Assembly (NCBI GenBank): GCA_035276605.1
Contig: DATELN010000126.1
Coordinates: forward strand, 641 to 64,640
From: Pseudonocardiaceae bacterium
Lineage (GTDB): Bacteria; Actinomycetota; Actinomycetes; Mycobacteriales; Pseudonocardiaceae
DNA: 64,000 bases
Direction of reading: 5' to 3'
Notes under the pieces: model-generated
What the model was told of the DNA's origin: nothing
Seen by the model: only the letters and a program-made list of their open reading frames with translations
The model's database searches: none
Shown here: positions 58,219 through 64,000 of the stretch, in pieces
Layout of the letters: each line of letters begins with the position of its first letter
How positions within the stretch are numbered: the first letter of the stretch is position 1
Translations under genes and position numbers: made by a program

Positions 58219-60105
58219 TCAGACGACGAGGTGGCCGGTTTCCGCGCACGAGTAGCCGTCGAGGGTTGCGATCTTGTTGTGGAATTGGGGGTTGGCGAGA
58301 AGGGTCCAGAGAGGGGCTAGTAGCGGCGACTCGTAGGTATCCCGGGTGAGCACCAGGTCGTAGGGCTCCTGGGTGACGGGCACGAAGTCCAATCCGTGCA
58401 GCCGCGCCGCGGCGAGGATGCCCATCCCGGCATCTGCTCGCCCGCCAGCCACCGCCGCGGCGACGGCGAGGTGAGTGCGTTCCTCGCGCCGGTAGCCGGC
58501 GACGTCGTCGGGCTCGATACCCCGGCGGCGCAGCTCGTAGTCGAGCAGCATCCGGGTTCCCGACTCCGGTTGCCGGTTGACGTAACGCAGGCCCGGACGG
58601 CGCAGGTCCTCGATACCGGCGATCTGCAGGGGGTTACCCGGCGCGACGATCAGCCCTTGTTCGCGGTGTACCAGGCGGATCACGGTGACCTCGACCTCGC
58701 CGAGCACCCGCGGCAGGTAGGGCAAGGTGTACTCGCCGGTATCCGGGTCGAGCAGGTGGCAGCCGGCGAGATGGCACAAACCGTCGCGCAGTGCCTGCAG
58801 TCCAGCCAGCGAGCCGACGGTGGATGAGGCAAGCGTGATGGTCGGGTCGACGTCGCGTAGCGCCGACGCGGCCACGTCGATCACCAGGTCGTGCGAGCCG
58901 ATGACCACGATGGTGCGGTCGATCTCCTCCAGCCCGCGCAGGAGGTTTACCTGGATGTCGGTGCCCGCGGGGAGGCCGCCCTGCCCGATCGGGACGACCG
59001 CCAACCCGTCGGCCCTGACCAGCGAGGTGAGCGCCCCGGCGCCGCGCGGCAGGGGCGTGGCGACCAGCCTCCCGCCGACCCTGCCTAACCGGAGTCGCAC
59101 CCAGTCGTCCTTGCCGATCGGGGAGGTGAGTGTGCGCGCGAGCCGGGCCTGCGCCCGCGGGCGAGTCAGGGTTGTGGTGCCTTGAAGAGCAGCCAACAAC
59201 GGCGCGGCGAACAGCTCAAAGCTCAGCGCCGCCGACACCGGGTACCCGGGCGCACCGAGCACTGCGGTAGTCCCCACGGTCCCCAGCACCACAGGATGCC
59301 CGGGCCGCACCGCCACCCCGTGCACCGCCAGGGTGCCTACCCGGGCCACCACGGAGGCGGTGTGGTCACTGCGGCCGCCGCTGGATCCGGCGATGATCAC
59401 CACCAGGTCGGCGCGCGGCGCAGCGGCGAGCACCGCCGCAGCGATCCGCTCGGGATCGTCCGGCTCGATGGGCAGCGGCAGCACCGCGCATCCGTGCTCA
59501 CCGGCCTGCCCGGCGAGCATCAGCGAGTTGGTATCGAGGATCTCCCCGATCCCGGGCTCCCAACCCAAGGGGCGGATCTCATCGCCGGTCGGCAAGATCG
59601 CGACGACCGGGCGGCGGCGCACCAGAATCTCGCTGACACCGGCGGCGGCTACCGCGGCGACATCGACGGCGCGCAACCGGTGCCCGGGCGGCAACAGCAA
59701 CTCCCCGGCCGCGACATCCTCGCCGATGGACCGGACGTGCTGGTACGGCGGCACCGCCGCGACCAGCTCCACGCCCTGGCCGACCGGGCGGACGTGCTCG
59801 CGCATCACCACCGCGTCCCGCTGCACTGAGAGTGGGTCGCCGGTGTCGATGAGATCAAAGTCAGTCAGCGTCAGCGGGGCGGCGGCGCTGGCGCTGGCAG
59901 TGTCCGCAGCGCGCACCGCGATGCCATCCATCCCGGCGGAGTCGAACGCGGGCGAAGAGCGCCGCGCCCACAGCGACTCGGCCGTGACCCGGCCGATCGC
60001 GGCCGCCAGTCCTAGCCGCTCGGTACCTACCCGATCCGGGCACCCGGCCGCGGCGCAGGCCGCGCGCCATGCGTCGAGCGCCTGAGCTGCCGGAAGGTCA
60101 CCCAC
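58219..60105 (-). CDS. moeA: molybdopterin molybdenumtransferase MoeA fused to a C-terminal periplasmic-binding-protein-like domain
   Basis: The N-terminal ~400 aa have the MoeA pattern (...RSIGEDVAAGE..., PTGDEI). The C-terminal ~220 aa are PBP/ModE-like. Confidence 0.8.
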   Translation of the reverse strand: MGDLPAAQALDAWRAACAAAGCPDRVGTERLGLAAAIGRVTAESLWARRSSPAFDSAGMDGIAVRAADTASASAAAPLTLTDFDLIDTGDPLSVQRDAVVMREHVRPVGQGVELVAAVPPYQHVRSIGEDVAAGELLLPPGHRLRAVDVAAVAAAGVSEILVRRRPVVAILPTGDEIRPLGWEPGIGEILDTNSLMLAGQAGEHGCAVLPLPIEPDDPERIAAAVLAAAPRADLVVIIAGSSGGRSDHTASVVARVGTLAVHGVAVRPGHPVVLGTVGTTAVLGAPGYPVSAALSFELFAAPLLAALQGTTTLTRPRAQARLARTLTSPIGKDDWVRLRLGRVGGRLVATPLPRGAGALTSLVRADGLAVVPIGQGGLPAGTDIQVNLLRGLEEIDRTIVVIGSHDLVIDVAASALRDVDPTITLASSTVGSLAGLQALRDGLCHLAGCHLLDPDTGEYTLPYLPRVLGEVEVTVIRLVHREQGLIVAPGNPLQIAGIEDLRRPGLRYVNRQPESGTRMLLDYELRRRGIEPDDVAGYRREERTHLAVAAAVAGGRADAGMGILAAARLHGLDFVPVTQEPYDLVLTRDTYESPLLAPLWTLLANPQFHNKIATLDGYSCAETGHLVV

Positions 60106-60132
60106 GAGGGCACGGTACCGGGACTCAGCCAG

Positions 60133-61995
60133 TCAGGACTGCGCTCCGGTACCGGCGAACTGGCCGTTCTGGCTGGTCCCCTGAGACGGGTCAGTGGGGT
60201 GATGGAGCTGGTAAAGGTGGGCGTACTGGTTGTTCTTCGTCAAGAGCTGGTCGTGGGTTCCGGTTTCGGTGATGCGACCGTGCTCGATGTAGATAATTTG
60301 ATCGGCGTCGGTGACGGTGAGCAGGTTGTGGGAAATGATGATGGTGGTGCGCCCGCTCATCAGCCGGCGTAGCGGGTCCAGGATGCGCTGTGCGGCGTCG
60401 GCATCGAGGCTGGTGGTGGGCTCGTCCAGGAGGAGGATGGGCGCATCGCGGATCATTGCTCGGGCGATCGCGAGGCGTTGGCGTTGCCCGCCGGACAGCA
60501 GCCGGCCGCGTTGCCCGACGCGGGTCTGGTAACCGTCGGGCAGCGCTTCGATGAACTCGTGCGCGTCCGCGGCTTTAGCCGCGGCGATAAGTTCGTTTTC
60601 GGTCGCATCGGGTCGACCGGCTCGGACGTTGTCGGCGATGGTGCCGTCGAGCAACAGGGTTTCCTGCAGCACGATCGCGATGTTGGCGCGCAGCTCGTCG
60701 GGATCGAGCTCCCGTAGATCGTGACCGTCGAGGATGATCTTCCCGGCGGTCGGGTCGTAGAACCGCAGCAGCAGTTTGAGCAGAGTGGTCTTGCCCGCAC
60801 CGCTAGCGCCCACGATGGCAGTGGTCTGGCCGGCTCCCACGGTGAAGCTGACGCCGTTTAGGACATCGGTCTGGGTCTGCGGGTAGGCGAAGCTGACGTG
60901 GTCCAAGACGAGCTGCCCGCGCGCCCGGCCCAGCGCGATCGGACGCTCCGGCGCGGTGACACTAGGTTGCTCGTCGAGCAGTTCGATGATCCGCTCCGCG
61001 GCCGCAGCAGCGGCGAACAGCGACGTGGACAGCGCACCCAGGCCCTGCACTGGCCCGTATAGCTGGGACAGAAACACCAGGAAAGCCAATAGCCCACCCA
61101 GTGTGATGTTGCCGGCGGTCAACTCCCAGATGCCAACCCCCAGGATGGTCAGGATTCCGAGCACCTGCACCAGGTCGACCAGCGGGGAGAACATCGCCCC
61201 GAGCCGAGTGGCCGCCAGCTCGGCGTTGACACTGCCGATACTTTGCGCAGCGAAGCGCTCCACCTCGGCGCCCTCGCGGCCGTAAGCCTGGATCAAGGTG
61301 GCGTTGCCCAGACTCTCTTCAGCGACCACACCGATGGACCCCGCGCGGCGGCGGACCTCCCGGGAGGCGATCTTGATGCGGCGGGCGAATATCCGGGCGG
61401 CGATCCAGAACACCGGTATCGCGATCAGCGACGCCAACGCCAGTCGCCAGTCCAGGAAGAACAGCACCGTGCCGAATACGCCGATTCTCAACACGTTGGC
61501 GAACAGGCCGATGACTCCGGAGAGCACCACAGACTCGATTGCGGCCACGTCGCCGGTCAGCCTGGACATCAGATCACCGAGCGGGCGGCGATCAAAGAAG
61601 CTCACCGACAGGGTGTGCAGATGCGCGAACACCCGGGTGCGCATGCGGTGCAGGAAATTCTCCCCGATCCACGCCCCCAGATACGTCCCGAGGAAGCCCA
61701 ATGCCCCCACCAGGAGCGTGATACCGATGAACGCTGCGGCAACCGGCGGGAACGCGGAGAAATCGCGCGGCGTCAACACCTTGTCGACCAGCACCTTGAA
61801 CAGCAAGATCGCGCCGGTGTCCACTGCTGGCGTGATGATGATCAACACCAGGCTCAGCCACAACCACCGCCAGAATGGCCGAGCATCGGGCCAGAACCGC
61901 CGGAACACCTCCCGCAGGCTTGCTGCCGGTGCCGCCTCCACCAGACCGCCGTCAGGCGACGCGGGACGCGTCAACGACCGCAGCATCTCCCACAC
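60133..61995 (-). CDS. ABC exporter, fused permease-ATPase (MsbA-like)
   Basis: Six N-terminal TM segments; GASGAGKTT, LSGGQRQR, ILLLDEPTT. Confidence 0.9.
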   Translation of the reverse strand: MWEMLRSLTRPASPDGGLVEAAPAASLREVFRRFWPDARPFWRWLWLSLVLIIITPAVDTGAILLFKVLVDKVLTPRDFSAFPPVAAAFIGITLLVGALGFLGTYLGAWIGENFLHRMRTRVFAHLHTLSVSFFDRRPLGDLMSRLTGDVAAIESVVLSGVIGLFANVLRIGVFGTVLFFLDWRLALASLIAIPVFWIAARIFARRIKIASREVRRRAGSIGVVAEESLGNATLIQAYGREGAEVERFAAQSIGSVNAELAATRLGAMFSPLVDLVQVLGILTILGVGIWELTAGNITLGGLLAFLVFLSQLYGPVQGLGALSTSLFAAAAAAERIIELLDEQPSVTAPERPIALGRARGQLVLDHVSFAYPQTQTDVLNGVSFTVGAGQTTAIVGASGAGKTTLLKLLLRFYDPTAGKIILDGHDLRELDPDELRANIAIVLQETLLLDGTIADNVRAGRPDATENELIAAAKAADAHEFIEALPDGYQTRVGQRGRLLSGGQRQRLAIARAMIRDAPILLLDEPTTSLDADAAQRILDPLRRLMSGRTTIIISHNLLTVTDADQIIYIEHGRITETGTHDQLLTKNNQYAHLYQLHHPTDPSQGTSQNGQFAGTGAQS

Positions 61996-62159
61996 AGCTG
62001 CTCCCTCTCTCGGTCTGGCTGCCGACTCTACTCTGCCCGATTTACTGAAGCCGGGTCTTGCAAGTGGGGCTGAATCTTGCCGCGTCGAATTGTGAGCATA
62101 GCGAGGCGGTGGCCCTTACCCGCTAGAGCGAGATCGAGCCACCGCCGACGAGGCGTCGA

Positions 62160-62390
62160 CTACAGGATTCCCAGGAGCCGGTAGTGGCCCTCGTAGGTGT
62201 AGCCGCCGAAGTTGTAACCGTTGTAGTAGAAAGGCTTGCGGCCGTAGTCCCGGCTGTAGTCGTAGCCGTTGAAGTACGGGTAGAAGCCTTGGGTGCAGTC
62301 GTCACGGTTGCAGTTGTACCCCGGCACGCTAGCGTCGTTGTTACTGCCGTTACCGCCGCCACCCAGTGCGAAGACTGCTGAGATCCTCAT
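62160..62390 (-). CDS. 76-aa Tyr/Gly/Asn-rich small protein (paralog 1)
   Basis: The ATG at 62390 is preceded by AAGGAGCGAT. 12 of 76 residues are Tyr, with two Cys (NCNRDDC). No signal peptide is evident. Confidence 0.5.
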   Translation of the reverse strand: MRISAVFALGGGGNGSNNDASVPGYNCNRDDCTQGFYPYFNGYDYSRDYGRKPFYYNGYNFGGYTYEGHYRLLGIL

Positions 62391-62598
62391 ATCGCTCCTT
62401 ATTCCTGCTCGCTGAAGAGCCATGCAAGGAAAAAGACCCAGACCCGACGCGAGGAAATCATGCGCCACCGTGGCACAGCGCGAGGTCGCAAGACCTCATT
62501 GACGTGCGGTACGGCGCCGGGACAGTTCCGCGAGATAGTTCCGCCCCAAAGATGACGCGATGCAGCGTCCTAGCGAACCCTCCCCAGCACCACACAGA

Positions 62599-62730
62599 CA
62601 GCTTGTCAATCCGCTGTGTTCGGCGGTATCCCCCTAGGTGATCCGAGCTGGCCCCCTACTCTCCGTGGTCAAGCACACACAAAATAAGGGATACGGAGCG
62701 TGATTGCAATAAGCAACTCTAAGTACACGT
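62599..62730 (-). promoter_or_regulatory. conserved non-coding module upstream of paralog 1
   Basis: Blocks shared with 63325..63452 (minus strand): AGTTGC.ATTGC; TGCTTGACCACGGRGAGTARGGGG..CCAGCTCGGATCA; ATTGACAAGCTG. Confidence 0.55.
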
Positions 62731-62943
62731 GTGGGTACGCACAGTGAACACAGCAGCACTCGCCTCGCCCGGTGGCGGGCATGCCCCGCCCGCCATCGAG
62801 CAGGCCATCACTGTCCGCACTGTCGGCACGTTCCGCCGGCTGTGACGGTCACGGCGTCGCGACCGTACCGGGCAGCGTCTCGTCGGTGTGCGTAACCTCA
62901 CCAGTCGTCGACGCTCAGCGACGACGACCCGGCTCCGGCTCGA

Positions 62944-63174
62944 TTACCCTATGAGAGTGCCCATTCTATGGCTGTGGGTGAAACCGTAGCCCTCGCCGGT
63001 GGGCGGCCAGTTGTAGTTATCCGGGCTGACGTAGGTCCAGCGGCCGTAATCCGGGTAGTACCCGCCCGGCTTCTCGACTGTGCCATACCTGAGGTAGGTT
63101 TCCCGGCCACCGGTGTATCCACAGTATCCGCCCCGGTCGCAGTTAAGCCTTGCAAAGATTTCCGAGACCCTCAT
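62944..63174 (-). CDS. 76-aa Tyr/Gly-rich small protein (paralog 2)
   Basis: The ATG at 63174 is preceded by AAGGAGCGAC. 10 of 76 residues are Tyr, with NCDRGGYC. It has the same length and N-terminus (MRVSEIFA versus MRISAVFA) as paralog 1. Confidence 0.5.
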   Translation of the reverse strand: MRVSEIFARLNCDRGGYCGYTGGRETYLRYGTVEKPGGYYPDYGRWTYVSPDNYNWPPTGEGYGFTHSHRMGTLIG

Positions 63175-63324
63175 GTCGCTCCTTTCTCGCTGATGGTGGA
63201 GGAGCCAAGCAGGCCAGAAGGCCGAAATCAGCCTGCGAATTTGCCCGCAGCCACCTGAGCGCGACGCCGTATGCACTCCGTCAGACAGCGTCAGCTGCGT
63301 CAGCGCAGCCGGCCTCAATGCCGG

Positions 63325-63452
63325 CAGCTTGTCAATCGCCGCACTCGGTAACAACCCCAAGATGATCCGAGCTGGCTCCCCCTTACTCCCCGTGGTCAAG
63401 CAATCTCGAAAGTAAGCCATCCGAGTGGTGAAAGCAATGGCAACTTCACGTA
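63325..63452 (-). promoter_or_regulatory. conserved non-coding module upstream of paralog 2
   Basis: Same three blocks as 62599..62730. Confidence 0.55.
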
Positions 63453-63556
63453 TTCGAGTGGTTACAGTCAGTACTAGACGCAGGCTATGGCCTTTCAAAG
63501 CACTGCTGCCGGGTGCAGAGCGTGCGCACACCATCACGCTCGGGGCTCGCGCTGGC

Positions 63557-64000
63557 TCACCCGCCCGCGTCTGCACAGCTGAACACGATGTTGTCCCCGG
63601 TGACCAGTGGGATGTCGCCGTCGGAGTCGATCGCACTGCTGTTTAGCGTGGTGACTAGCCGGCTGGGCAGGCCGAGACCCACCGCGGCGGCGGCGCCGAA
63701 CAGCGTGGCGGCACGAACGGCATGTGGTCCGCCGCGGCCGTCGATCGTCACCGTTTGCACGGTCACCTGTGGTGCCAGCCGTTGCCGGGCGGCTTGGTAC
63801 TCGTCGGGAGTATTGACGTTGACTACCGACTCCAGCGCCGGATCAGCCGTGGCCAGCGCGGGATCTACGAGTAATGCGGCATCGTCCAGGTGCAGCGTGG
63901 CGCACCGGCGAAACAGCAGGGTCACACGCAGCTCACCGGCCGCGAGCAGCTCAGCGAGCAGTGGCGCGAGGGTGACCCGATAAGCCGCGGCCAGCGGCTG
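63557..64000 (-). CDS. mobA: molybdenum cofactor guanylyltransferase MobA (3' part; the gene continues beyond the window) with a C-terminal ThiS/MoaD-like extension ending in GG
   Basis: QPLAAAYR..., VVNVNTPDEY, then ~75 extra residues ...IPLVTGDNIVFSCADAGG-stop. Confidence 0.65.
   Translation of the reverse strand, partial: QPLAAAYRVTLAPLLAELLAAGELRVTLLFRRCATLHLDDAALLVDPALATADPALESVVNVNTPDEYQAARQRLAPQVTVQTVTIDGRGGPHAVRAATLFGAAAAVGLGLPSRLVTTLNSSAIDSDGDIPLVTGDNIVFSCADAGG

Noticed and set aside
62391-62730. Moco, cobalamin or c-di-AMP (ydaO) riboswitch in the leaders of the small-protein genes
   Set aside because: The genomic context (mobA, moeA) suggested a Moco riboswitch. However, I could not recognise the conserved cores of these riboswitch classes by eye. 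A covariance-model scan is needed before any such call.
62944-63636. 230-aa ORF extending the second small protein upstream
   Set aside because: The upstream part covers the conserved blocks, which are conserved evenly at all codon positions. The paralogous region upstream of 62390 has an in-frame TAG. A strong RBS-ATG at 63174 matches the paralog exactly. The short 76-aa form is therefore preferred.

Overview
High-GC actinobacterial chromosomal segment. All family names below come from reading motifs in the supplied translations; no searches were run. The housekeeping backbone matches, from memory, the Mycobacterium tuberculosis Rv1002c-Rv1018c block. It comprises pmt, rsmI, metG, tatD, rpfB, rsmA/ksgA, ispE, a FadD/pks16-like ligase, pth, rplY, prs and glmU, plus a moeA further along, so this is probably a Mycobacterium or close relative. 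Accessory material surrounds and interrupts this backbone. (1) 0.2-15.6 kb holds two polysaccharide loci. One is a 4-gene synthase-type module (PIG-L deacetylase, ATP-grasp, PgaC-like GT2, hydrolase-like protein). The other is a Wzy-type operon (oxidoreductase, aminotransferase, Wzz, MurJ-like flippase, polymerase, priming transferase) with an Alg14/13-like glycosyltransferase and a FemAB-like acyltransferase. An old tandem-duplication junction sits at 0.87-1.49 kb. (2) A tRNA-Gln(UUG) at 17.09 kb is followed by a lipase, a small zinc-ribbon membrane protein and a membrane-anchored STAND NTPase with AT-rich flanks, then decayed CheB-like and Crp-like pseudogenes. (3) A low-GC islet at 44.4-46.5 kb carries a small-protein/DUF6879-like/XRE operon. 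(4) A translationally coupled WXG-like / T7SS-signal-like / partner operon lies at 54.4-56.7 kb. (5) Two tandem 76-aa Tyr/Gly-rich paralogs with a conserved upstream non-coding module sit at 62.1-63.5 kb, between Moco genes and next to an ABC exporter. Also directly visible are a dispersed 66-bp repeat built of 3 x 22-nt units (3 copies), a perfect 46-bp palindrome between rsmA and ispE, and a frameshifted large ATPase regulator. No rRNA, CRISPR array, transposase or integrase was recognised. The many long ORFs antisense to real genes are treated as high-GC artefacts.
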